The notes under the pieces were generated by a model. That model saw only the letters and a program-made list of their open reading frames with translations. It did not search any database and had not been told where the DNA came from. From assembly GCA_965649765.1 (NCBI GenBank), contig OZ287749.1, positions 23,250,001 through 23,314,000 of the forward strand: a stretch of DNA of 64,000 nt, read 5' to 3'. Each line of letters starts with the position of its first letter. The first letter of the stretch is position 1. A program made the translations under genes and the position numbers. Below are positions 12,414-24,400 of the stretch, in pieces. The DNA comes from Bispira polyomma. Taxonomy: Eukaryota.

Positions 12414-12757
12414 GTAATATGGTCTCAGTGGCCTAATGGTGTGTCAGGCCTTGGATCTCAGGTATCTTGAGAGCCAGGGTTTGATCCTCGCCTGCAGGCT
12501 TGGAGATAGTACCATTGGACTAGGTGCTTTACAGAAAGTTGTCCCTCTCTACCCAGGTGTATAAATGGGTATCTGGCCGCTAATGGGTGTTAGTCTTTGT
12601 GGGCCGCATGTGGAAGCATGGCTAGTATGCTTCCTGAGGGAGCTGAGACTGAACAATTGGTTGACAAGTGAAAGAATCCAGACTGGGGTAATAATTTGAA
12701 GTGTCAGTGATTATCTTCAGATAGATATTGGCATATTAAATACTGTAATTATTATTA
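12414..12757 (+). mobile_element. tRNA-derived SINE with CORE-like central domain
   Basis: A-box-like gtggcctaatgg, B-box-like ggtttgatcc, ctctacccaggtgtataaatgggta block, (ATT) tail. Second copy inverted at 55043-55395. Interrupts the Ngaro RT region. Confidence 0.85.
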
Positions 12758-13087
12758 ATCATTACCAATGACTTACTGTCATACTTGTTAACATCAATCC
12801 TACTAGGAAGTAGAACCACACACAGCGCTTACATGAGCTAGACACTTTTTTATGCCAAACTGCCAAATAAAATTGGTTGACAAGTGAAAGAACCCAGGCA
12901 GGGGTAATAATTTGAAGTGTCAGTGATTATCTTCAGATAGATATTGGCATATTAAATACTGTAATTATTATTACTCATTACCAATGACTTACTGTCATAC
13001 TTGTTAACTTCAATCCTACTAGGGAGTAGAAACACACACAGCCCGTACATGAGCTAGGCACTTTTTTATGCCAAACTGCCAAATAAA
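12655..13087. repeat. ~216-bp tandem duplication spanning the SINE 3' end and flank
   Basis: aattggttgacaagtgaaagaa..ttttatgccaaactgccaaataaa occurs twice (12655-12870, 12871-13087) with few differences. Confidence 0.93.
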
Positions 13088-13893
13088 CTACAATAAGCAA
13101 ACAAATACACTGTTGAAACAGTTTTCCAGGCAAACTGGTGTAATTCCTAACGAAATAACCAGTACAATTTTAGTTGGAGAAATGCCAAATAAGAAAGAGA
13201 CCCTGATCTTGCAAGCTGTTGGGCTAACCAGAGTAGTCAAAATAAACCAACACGCGCATGCTAGAAATATACTGAGGTAATATGATTTCTGCACTTGGCA
13301 TACTCTTGCATGGGGACTTGTACCATGCACCCAAAAGCTAGACACAATTGTCTGGTTAATTCAATCCGGCTGTAAAGAAGTGGCGCGTGTCGTAATTTTC
13401 CATTCCTAAAACCATTCTAAATAAGTTTTGGCTAGTTGTTGTGTGCTAATTACTGGATCAGAAAACCAAACTGCAGCAGTGAGAAAACTGCCACCCAAGT
13501 AAAGGCATATTCCCCTTGGCGTCTTAAACCCAAATGAACTGTATACACATAATGTTGCGCATATGTGCCACTTGAGGATTTAACACCAACATGACTTACA
13601 ACTTGGTTAACTGACAAATAATGTTCAGCAGTAAAGACTGATACATATTTCTTTAAACTTACCCTGTACTAGGGTAAATTGTCTGCTTTTACATAAAATA
13701 TACAAGCCCGGTCACCTTCAAGTAAAATGTCATACAAACCGCCTTTGGGAAAACTCGAAACTAAACAATATATACAAAGAGCCACATAACTTTACCTTGC
13801 CTGTATATGCATTGGCATGAACATGTTCTGATGTAACTTGGCTTAGCAGTTAAACATACCATGGCTTTATCAATATCAACATTGCTATTAATT

Positions 13894-13980
13894 ATACAAA
13901 GTTAAGGGTTTTACGTCCCGTTCAACAGCCAGGGTCAGATTGGGACAGGCCCACAGGATTTGTCACTTGTGCGAGGCGTA
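13894..13980 (-). mobile_element. SINE 3' fragment
   Basis: ttttacgtcccgttcaacagccagggtcagattgggacagg resembles the 3' end of the SINE at 58921-59130 (tttaacgtcc..ggttatattgggacagg). Confidence 0.55.
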
Positions 13981-15619
13981 CCCTATTAATAATACAGGCA
14001 CTAGTGTGGTCACTATCGTGCCTTTCGGGCATGCTACAAGTTAAACTATTTCTAATTAGAAAGTAGTAATTAGAAATAATTTAATACTACTATGACAAAC
14101 AGAATGTTACCCTGTATTACTTTTGTAACCATGTGTGTGTTATGAATCACTTCAGCAGAGAGTTAATTACCTTTGCCATCTCTCCCCCGTGTTAGATTAT
14201 AATAATAAAATGGCTGGATCTTACTGGCGGGCATTTGGCCCTCCGTTTTTTTGCTTTTTTACACTGGCAATCTATTTCTTTGTCAGGGTAAGGTCTGCCT
14301 GTACTGGTCATACAATATGCACATATATGTTTGTGCCATACAGTTCCTATTTTGTAATCTGCACTAGAATTGCATGTACCGGATTGGAATGTACTACACA
14401 CTTCTTTGTTAGTGTTAGTGTTTTTTCCCGATCCGGCACCCAATTTAGCATAGTCTGCAGATATCATTGACTTTGTCCAACTCCCCCTATCTTGATAAAC
14501 CATCTTCCATGGTGCATAAAATTACTCGATGTGCACCTTTTGCCACCACCAAGCCGAGGTCCATGGCATTTTGCAACAACTCGGTTTCTTCAGTTCAGTA
14601 TATTTTGCTGTTTCTTAATGTCGGGTTCTTTAAGTATTAAACAAATTAAACCGAGTAACCACTGGAGAAGTGTGAGTTCCTTATAACTGACAAGTTTACA
14701 TTCTGAACCAATCAAAGAAAGGTCGCGTGGCCAGTAAATGAACCTCTTACAAGGAGTTCCCCCCCCTACTCTAAACTGACCTGATTTAACTTTTCTATTA
14801 TGAGCAGTACTTTTACACATGCCAAAGTCCAGAACTTTTTCCTGGACTGCTAGATCCAACCTAACTCCGGAACTGGAACCTACAGTTTGTACAAGTTCTG
14901 GTGCAGGGAGAGCCCCTCCTTCTGAGGCTCCTTTCTTAGTGTTATTAAATACTATGACTGCACTAACACCTGTATCTGGAGTAATACACACATCCAAATT
15001 GATGTCACGTGTTGCATAGTATCCACCCCAGCTAATAGAGTCGAATTAGCCTCCTGTAGCGTCAAAACTGCCTGACTGGGCTGGCTTAGCTGCTTCGCGA
15101 CCACATCCGTAGCCGACTAATGCTGCTCCCCTACACTACTGGCATCTGCTGGACAGGCACTTGGTTGGACTTCTGCTGCCGCCGCTTTCATGGTACTGCG
15201 AGTACTGGGTCATCTGGCAGGAAATGTAAGCTTGGTCATCAGAGTAGTTGTATCTGGCTGACCACGGCCTCGTGCCCCATCAATAGGAAAAAACAAGCTG
15301 TTATTATTCCTGGCCTTAGCTTTATTAGGTTTCTCCGTGGAGATAAACGCTGCTTGTTTAGTTGGAATAACTACCCTACCAGATCTGCTAGCCACAATTT
15401 TACCGGCACTAATTGGGCCTCTACTAACTTTCTTATACACATCCATAGTTAAAATGGAAGTACAAACACAGTGAATTCTTTTCCAAAATGACACAATTTC
15501 CTTCGGCACCAACTGGAAGAAATGCTGTTAAAGTTATTACTTGAAACGTTCTTGATGGTAACCATAAAATCCCGAGATCTTACCACACAGATAATTTTCA
15601 GGCACAAATGAAATGCCAT

Positions 15620-17775
15620 AATGCTTACATTTCCTGCCAGGCACTAATTTATTTAAAATATTTACAACACTCATTCTCTGAGAAGGGATATTCATACAAC
15701 ATAGCATTGATCATAATAACGATTCAATGGTATCCTAACATCTTTCCCAAGGATGTGATCCCCAGTCACTATTATGGCCTTACCAGCAGTTGAACCGGGA
15801 CATTTTGATGACCAGGCCAACTCATGAACCACTATATTGTGAAACATTGAACTTATATGGTCTGGCTATAACATATATAATATAAATACATCAATCACTA
15901 CAGATACAAGTAAGTAACCTAACTAATAAGTGTCCCTATTAGACAAATCCCATATGGGGTAGTATTAAACCTTGTTTCCCTGCATTTTGAAGTGAGTAAT
16001 TTTCTTTCATTACTCGGTGAATTACCCATAGTATATAGAGTTAAGTTCACCAACTACTATACAATTCCACTAATATGGAAATCATCAGTGTGACATTGAT
16101 ATGTTTAGCACTAAAATATGATGTTCTGTTTGTTTTGTTTTTTTCTTTTTCTCGTGTCTTTCTCCTGATTAAAGCTTAAGGGATCAGATGTCACTTCAGG
16201 AAAATGATAAAACACTCCAATCTTCTGATGGATCAGAAAGCCCATAAGTAGTCCATTTTCTGGTGTGACAACCTCAATATATCTGTCATATTTCTGGAAG
16301 ACAGGGATGCTCACCCCACTTTTTTGGTTAACAATAGACATCCTATGGTAATATTTTAAGCATTGTTCCATATGCTATTTTTGTCCAAATAGAAGAATTC
16401 TAAAACTGCAAGACACATGCTACAAAAACTTAATTTACTCAACTTGTAATTTTAGACTATAAATTATAGGTAACTAAATAGTTATATTAAATCAGTTATT
16501 ATTATTTATGTTAAATGGGTCCTCCAGCATAGTGGCCAGAAAGACACCACTTAAAATTGTGATCTCTTCTGTCATTGGGTCCGATCTGCATTGACAGGCT
16601 ATAGATCCTTGGGACGTTGATAAATGGTGCAATCCTGCAGCCTCTTTCTTCAGTTAATAAATTTTTATCGTTTTTTAATAGAAATTTTTTATCAAATCTA
16701 ATTAAATAATGCAGATTTTATGCTTTTCACTCCAGCATCTTTGCTGGCAAAAAAAAATGAAAGTACGAATAATTTTACGATACTGCTAAACAAAATTTAA
16801 GGGGGCTTAGAGCACTGCCAGTGTACTATATCTTCTAATCTTGAAATATATAGTGTAAGCTCTGAAGAAATCATGTTTTAAGGGATATTCGTAGGACCTT
16901 ACACGGTGAAGTACTGTACATATATTTTCCTTGGCTAACAACCAAAGAGAGTGAAATTCAGGTCCATATAAACACTCACGTGTCCCACCAATGTGACCAT
17001 GAACAAAAGCACCAACTCTTGGAACCCAGTGGCAGCCAACTTTGAAATTGAAAAAAAAAATTAAATACTCTCCAGTTTGATGAATGTAGAGAGCCATGCC
17101 CCAGCAGGGAAAGCAATAAACATTACTTTTCATCGCTGAGTGGGATGAGCCTAGAAAACGTATTTAACTTCCTTTAACAGAATCACACAACAACTAGAGG
17201 GTCTGTGAAAAATACCAGTTTGGGGAAATATTTTATTTATTCAATTAATTAATGTGAATTGACAGTCACACCAAAAGTGCAGTTTGACTAGGAAAATAAA
17301 AAGCCCCCCAAAAGAGCATTACATCTCATTTTGTATTCTAACCATCATGTTCAATTCAATAAAAACAACCCAATAGGGACTTGCACTGGATTAACGATAA
17401 CAAAAAAATGTTTTCTTTTCAGTTAACAGGTAATGGAAAATAATAGCTAAAAACATCTAATGGTTTTTTTATTCTGGTGGGCCATACATGCTCAAATATC
17501 TAGACCACAGGCCAAAAGGAAACAAATACAAATTCCTCTATAAAGCAGGAAACATATGCTAATGGAAGTAAATGTATATATATTTAGCTACTTGTTTTGC
17601 AGATTTGTAAGCTGACAGGTCCTCAAGAAAGTATGTAAAGTGATTTTTAGGTAATTAAAATGATGATATAACAAAAGACATAGAAAATTGTGGCGCTTCG
17701 GGGTATTTATGTTAGCTTTATAATAACATATTAACAAAACATTGTCTCAACATTTATTAGTATATTATTATTGTT
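15620..17775 (+). repeat. Segmental duplication, copy 2 (paralog of 4940-7650; lacks the Kolobok-like MITE)
   Basis: See copy 1. Includes the 88-bp identical block 16165-16252. Confidence 0.92.
15690..15835 (-). mobile_element. Old tRNA-derived SINE (family also at 58220-58370 and 62143-62300)
   Basis: Reverse complement reads tagtggttcatgagttggcctgg..cccggttcaac..ggggatcacatccttggg, matching the 62143-62300 copy. Confidence 0.65.
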
Positions 17776-18494
17776 ACCAAATATTTACATAAACTGCCAA
17801 GAAAATAGATTAATAATCAAAAATACATATATAGCTTAATATAAATAATATGTTTCATACAGTCCATATATGATCACTGATTACCACAGAGCACATTAAG
17901 TCCATTGCTTTATGTCTCTGGAACTTGAAATTTAAATATGCAGTGATAATATATAGGGCCCCTTAATATTTTCATTTCAGCGAAAATTGTGGCTTATACC
18001 CTGGTCCCACCAGCCAACACGTTAACAGTTGTTAGAAAATAAATTTTGCGTAGGGTGTGCATGGAGTATGCAGGAGTTAACGTATTGAAAGTGATTCTAC
18101 ATAACCGTACGTGGGAGATGTTACGCAAGAAATTTCAAATTTTAATGTGTTTGAAATTTGGACACGTAACATTGATGCATGGTTAAACATTGCAAGAGCT
18201 TTGCAAGATGCGGCGTAGTATAACATGGTTTGACGTAGCCAAACGAGTGTGAACGTAAATACACGTAATATTACGGCCTTTAAAGTGTCAATGTGCCTTG
18301 TTTTATGTATATTTGCGTACAAATGCGTGCGATTTAATATGTAATTTAACGTGAATTGTTGCATCAATCGTGAGTCTTTACAGGTATTGACGTTGTCCTC
18401 TGGGTAATTTAACACCTTTGATGTAATAAAAAAATTAAAATTGACTTGTGCGTCGACTTTTGCATCCAAAATTTGCGACAGCCTTGCGTGGTTA

Positions 18495-18692
18495 ACATAG
18501 ATTAACAGCTTAGGTCATATCAGGACAGCCAGATTTTAGGGTGAAAGAAAACAATCCTAAAGCACTGTAAACCAATGACCTACGGTACCTGACAAACTCT
18601 CTCACATGTTGGAACCAACAGGAGTCGAACTCACATTGGTGAGGGTCAATAATTTTGAAGCAGGCACTTGCAACAATTAGGCCAGCGCAGCC
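18495..18692 (-). mobile_element. tRNA-derived SINE (V-SINE-like 3' architecture)
   Basis: Minus strand: ggctgcgctggcctaattg (A-like), gagttcgactcc (B box), then ..tctggctgtcctgatatgacctaagctgttaat tail resembling 50655-50815 and 58921-59130. Confidence 0.7.
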
Positions 18693-20313
18693 TTTAGTGG
18701 CTTGGATAACCACCCAAACTAGCGGTTCTCTACTATGAGGATCTTATCTACAGTGGCAGGTTAAAAAAATCTTTGGGGACCAGTCATGCTCGAGTCAATG
18801 TCTTCAGTTAAGGGAAGGATACACATACTGGAGCTGGTTGGCTCTAATTGGGAGTCAACAAAAGGGTTAATTTTAATGCAACACAACTTTGTTGTTGCAA
18901 AGTCATGGTTACTGTAAAAGCCAAATTATTAGCATCAAAGAGAAAAGCTGTTATTGGTCTATTTACTGTACAAAAAAAAAATAACTATTTTGAGAATGTT
19001 GTCTTGAACCAAAATAACAATGACAAAAACAACAAAAACATACATCCCTGTAGATGGAAGTAAGTTAAAATATATTCTTCATCTACCTCAAAATATTTGA
19101 AATAATTCATATTATCTAAAATCAATGTTTAATTTTGTTCATTTGGCATTCGAAGAGGAAACATGTAAACTGTCAAACTGTAACCTTCTTTATTCTCATG
19201 TACATTTTTAAAAAGGCTCTCCAGTTAAAATATCCCAAACTGGGAAATGGCTGGAATTTAAACAAACAGGATGGCAACAATTTCAACTTCAGAAGTGTTG
19301 ATTGTATATTTAATTATATCTAAATAAAGAAATAGACAATAATTAACAAGAATAGCCTTTAAAAAAGGCAGGTCATAGGAACGTTAATGCCGCTTTATGT
19401 AAGTCATTTACACTAACAATTTTGCGGGTATATTCCAGTTGGGAATGACATTTCATCCTTTAATCGTAGCCATTTCGCTTAGCCATTTGACTAGCTACTT
19501 TCTAATTAGGTCAGCTATTACCAGACGCGAGAATCTTAAAAGCAAAAAGGTGTGTTAGCTTTGTCAACATAAAACATTGTATTTCAACATCAATTAAATA
19601 TTTAATTGTTTCCTTATGAAATAAACTTCTATCAGTCCACCTATATAAGAGAAATATATTAACCATAAATATAAGACAAACAATATATTAACCACGATAT
19701 ATGTTTTTATCAATATTATCAATAAATCTTTTTACCTAACATGGATCATCAGATACCCATCATAAAATATGGCGGACCCTAGTTAATGATCCCCTTAGAA
19801 GGTCCCCGACCTAAAAACAAACTATTCCAAATAGTAAATACCAAATATATGACCTCTACACGCACAGCTTAGTAAGATAATTTTAATTTCAAAATATCTA
19901 CTCTCATTGGCAACAACAGTTTTCACCTTCAATAGTGGTAACCGAGTTTAATGCAATACTGTTAGCTGTATGTTAAACTGTTACCTTTAAATTGGTAGAA
20001 ACACACTCGGTTAAAACTAATGAACTGCACCCTTAATGAAACGAAACCTGATTACATTGTCTCTGATGACATGTGTGACATCATGCTGTATTGTTGGAAT
20101 TTGACGTAAGCACATATTACAATACGTCACACCACCATATGTCCGTAAACTGGGAACTGACAAGAATAGCCTTTATTCTATGGGATATTTAGTATCAAAA
20201 TGTTCAGCTCAATATGATGTATGTACATAGAACAGTGCAATGTAGCAACGGCTCTTTGTAAGATTTGTCCAGATTTAGTACTAAAGATACAGAAGGTCTC
20301 GGAGAGACTGTAA

Positions 20314-20478
20314 CCCTTATAAATTCACTGATCGATAGAGCACTTTTTATTTTTAGTTACCATAACTCTTGCTCTTTAGGCTTATTGCACAATTTGCGTT
20401 TGAGTGGATTCAATCCTTATAAATTTATTGATTAATAGAGCACTTTTTTTATTTTTTTATTTTTTTTTACCATAACTC
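20314..20478. repeat. Imperfect direct repeat (~55-65 bp x2)
   Basis: ccttataaatt..tgat..atagagcactttttatt..ttaccataactc at ~20314 and ~20415. Confidence 0.8.
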
Positions 20479-21418
20479 GCAACTGCACAATTTTTTGTCA
20501 CAGATAGATTCATACATCTATTGCTTTACAATATTTATTATTTTATTTCATTTGTTTTATTTAAGTTTGTGACTGCTAACATTTTAATGTCAAACTCTAT
20601 TTATAGGTACTCCAGAGACAGTACTGGCATTGTTGTTTGGCTGTGATGCAGTTTCATCTAAAGGTCAATTCCTGTGTGTGTTTGAGAGCTGCTGATAGTA
20701 TACCTTTCCAACGACTTAACAAAGACATCTAGTGGGTATTGATTGAATTTTTCAATCTGGCTATTAGTTTCTATTTGCCCCTCTTCCTCCATTAGCAGTT
20801 AGCCACTGGCTTGTACTGTCCTCTAGGGAAGGGAGTACTTGCTGAATATAGTTCTATGTGCCATTGCTACAAATTATGATGAGCAAATATTTAATCTGTG
20901 AGTACATTTGGTTTTTAATTCACATTCTAGTAATGTGGACCAAAGGTTGCAATATTAGTGTAAGATACAGGCATATATAATACCAGTATCCACTCAGAAA
21001 TATATTATGTGGATAATAAAGTTTGCACCTATCCCTGGAAGAATATAACAACAAAAAGTGATCGTGAGTTGATAACATGATACACAGGATAGAAATTAGT
21101 GTAAAAGGGCTAGCCTTTGCTTTGTGTCTCATGACTTATCCTTAAAACTCTGTCAGTTAGTGTACGTTGTCCAAAACTATGTCCTACCAATGCAGCTTCA
21201 GTGAATAAAATTGGAGTTAAACACCTCTCTGTATTACTGAAGAAAGACCACAACAACAAAAGAGACTGTCAACTTCACTCAGCAAACAGGTGACCTTTAC
21301 TGTAGTTCCATGAGTACACTAAACTAGCTATTTATTAAGCTGGTGCCATGAAATTTAAAGCCTACTCAAAATTACAAGAAACCTTTTCTAGGTTAAGTAG
21401 AAGGTCATTATATGTTTA

Positions 21419-21482
21419 CAAACAGACAACAGTTAAAGTGTTTTTTGCACAAACAGACAACAGTTAAAGTGCTTTTTTGCAA
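21419..21482. repeat. ~31-bp tandem duplication
   Basis: aaacagacaacagttaaagtg.tttttgc x2. Confidence 0.85.
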
Positions 21483-24400
21483 ACTACAGAACAACATATC
21501 TGCCATGACGGAAGACACAAGAATGTCGATCTAATTACAAGAAACATATTATAACAGCTCTGTTTTATAGGAAGCCAATCAATTGTAAACAGGTCATTCT
21601 GTTGTAGTGGTTTTGTCAAATCAGCACTCAAATCTTAAATAACCAAAAATAGGCATTGTGGCCAATTTCGTGACAGACTTAGTTTAAATAACCAGACAAA
21701 TAACTCACCAGATACCATTGGGTCACATCCCTAGGGGCATGTTAAAGATGCTTGAGGACATTAATAAATGATCATTCTCAAGCATCTGGTACCATAACTG
21801 CGACTGTTATTAACTTGGAATGAATGTATATGTGCTCTAAAGGAAAAGGCTACCTAAATCAGTACAGAATTTCCAAACAACAAATGAAAAAATCATGAAA
21901 ACAATCTGTCTGATGTCAGATTGAAATCAGAATTAACTTCACTCCTAGAATACAATTACTGTTTTGCGTATAAGATATAATTCCAGTTTATAATTTAGTG
22001 GTAGAATTTATTCATTTAAATTTGTTTCATTATGTATCTCATGAACTGTTTGTCACAATTACATAAATGCAAGAAATCGGGAGTGAAGCAATGCAGCCTT
22101 AATTATGTACCAGCTTTCTGTAAATCACTGCAACGGATTAAAAGATACCTTTCATCAATACAAAGGAACACAAAAATCCTGGCATTTAAACTTGGTTATC
22201 ATATTAATGTTACAATATAAAAAAATTGTATGACATTAATTAAAGGACTGACATGTAATTCAGGAGTAACTGGTAATGTAATAGAACAACCCCAATACTC
22301 ATGATAACTGAGTTTACAACCACTTCGGCCATGACTCTGTAAAGCAAAACAAAATCATTGTCAAATTATTGTCTGACAGTCACTCGATTCTTAAATATTT
22401 ATCTAGAAAAATAACATTGTATCAGACGCAAAGGGTACATTATATTTTATATATTATATATTTTAGTTTTATTTTTTATATTTTGGTATAGCTATTGACA
22501 TACTTGGGAGTATCTATAATATAATAAATTTCTTCTTCACGGATATGCAAATACCTTCAAAGCACGTATGTATACCATTCATTGCATTTTTGCAAATTAA
22601 AATATAAATATAGAGGAAACAATATTTTACCGACATATATTTCTGCGTATATAACAACAGAGTATTTGGAATAGGCTGTTTAAAAGATTCGTTTTTAAAA
22701 TCAGTACTGGGTAAAATATTGTTTTCTCGTCATATACGTGAACATAATTCACATTTTTCATTTAAAACCACGATATCCTTATATATTTTTTTTATTTGTC
22801 TGGACGTGAAGCACGTGTATATGAGTGACAATGAAAGAATTTGATGCAAATTAGGCAATCTATTATCTTTTTTATCAGCACCTCAAAAGACCAACTTCCA
22901 TATAACAATATTTAACTGATTCTGACCTTTGACTCGGAAGTAATCGCTCACATATATTACCTTATACCTGTGGGGTATAGTCATGGTATTTCCAGCTTAT
23001 CAACAGCTGACTATTAGGTCTATCGAATTATTGTTTACAACAAATAAAAAGAAAATACACTACAGCTCCAAAACAGCTTTTCAATATGCCACGGCATAGC
23101 TGATTCGACTTCTAGATGTTAAGACTTTGGGAAATATTAAAATACTTTTACAAAGACTATTTAACATGTACTGTTTTTGCACATTTGTTATCCCATTTGA
23201 CGAATCAATGTTTTGGTGGAGGCATTAGCCTACTGTTAGAAGCATTTGTTTATAAAATATATGTATGGATATGATGCATTTACACTCATTTGTGTTTAAT
23301 AATTTTTTTTAGTTGCAAAATATACAGACTTTTTGGGTTTGAATACTTATTCTGTATGGCAATATTTGCATTCCACCACAGAATAGCAGCTTCTGTAGTA
23401 ATGTCTTTAAATACCTTCAATACAACATAGTGTGGGTTTCAGACTTTCTGTGTAGATGTAGCTAAAAAGATATGTAGAGAACTAAAATGACCCAAAGTGA
23501 TATAAAACATTTTTGTCTTGTATTTAAAATTTCACCTACACTTTCAAAAAGAAGTCAAACCAGGGACATTCTGATCACCACACCAACTCCCTAACCACTA
23601 GGCCATAGGAAACCACTAAGTATAAATTTGGAATCGATTCGATAACTCCTTTTGTTGATCTGTAGATAGGTATGTAGATATTCATGAAGAAAAAGGTACG
23701 AGATTAGTTTGAAATTTGACTTGATGATAATATCTTTAACTTGTAAAGTTTGATATATTGGTACAAAGCATAATTTAGTGTAGGAATGTGAGTATATACT
23801 TTGTTATAGCCTGTAGCTCGTCAATGATTTGTCATATAATGAACTGGTCTAGACAGAATACTAATTATATATTATTCAATGGGGAAAATTACTATAACTT
23901 AATTACATCAGTGATGATTCACACTATTTTCCTGATGGATTCTTAAATTCTTAAACCCATTTACTACATGTTTATTTTACGATAGAAAGATTTTGTTTAA
24001 CAACTGTAAAGTAATTTAAGCCAGTAAATAAGTAGTAATGTTAAATACTAACAACAATGGATGTGCTATCTAAGTCCACAGTTACTAGATTATGCCTCAA
24101 GAGCTGAAGTTTGAAAGCAAACCCAGATCATCCTCAAATTATTCTCACATAACTTTCAAATGACTTTCTAGGTACAAGGACACAGCCTCAGACTCCAAAA
24201 GCATTTTAATGTCTTATTAAAAAAATCGCAGATAAAATTTACATTAATGGTAACTCGAATAAAATTATGTGATTAGTAATAACAAGGACAGTTTAGAATC
24301 AACGTTGGCGATTCTGATTTGATTGTGCGCTTTCAGAAGTTACATTTTCATAGAGCACTTAAACCAAACAAAAATGAGACAATGTGGTACTTCTTATATG

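Larger units (their letters stand above)
11100..15560 (-). mobile_element. Second Ngaro-like YR retrotransposon, heavily decayed and internally deleted, interrupted by SINEs
   Basis: gag remnants (WPRD..YKELTLLQWLLG 14590-14997; CSTFQSGTC..HKHICAYC 14192-14503). RT (YYIDKTVPF, YNYIDDI ~12250-12400). RNase H (YVDA; LQVRHVPG ~11480-11870). YR box II VLKDILAVLGLNNSTLGFHAFRRSGASLLFQHNVPL at ~11200-11340. Confidence 0.85.

Noticed and set aside
21165-21200. GHSFG lipase/esterase nucleophile motif on the minus strand
   Set aside because: Present in one copy only (others read GHR(F/L)G); no surrounding hydrolase fold signal.
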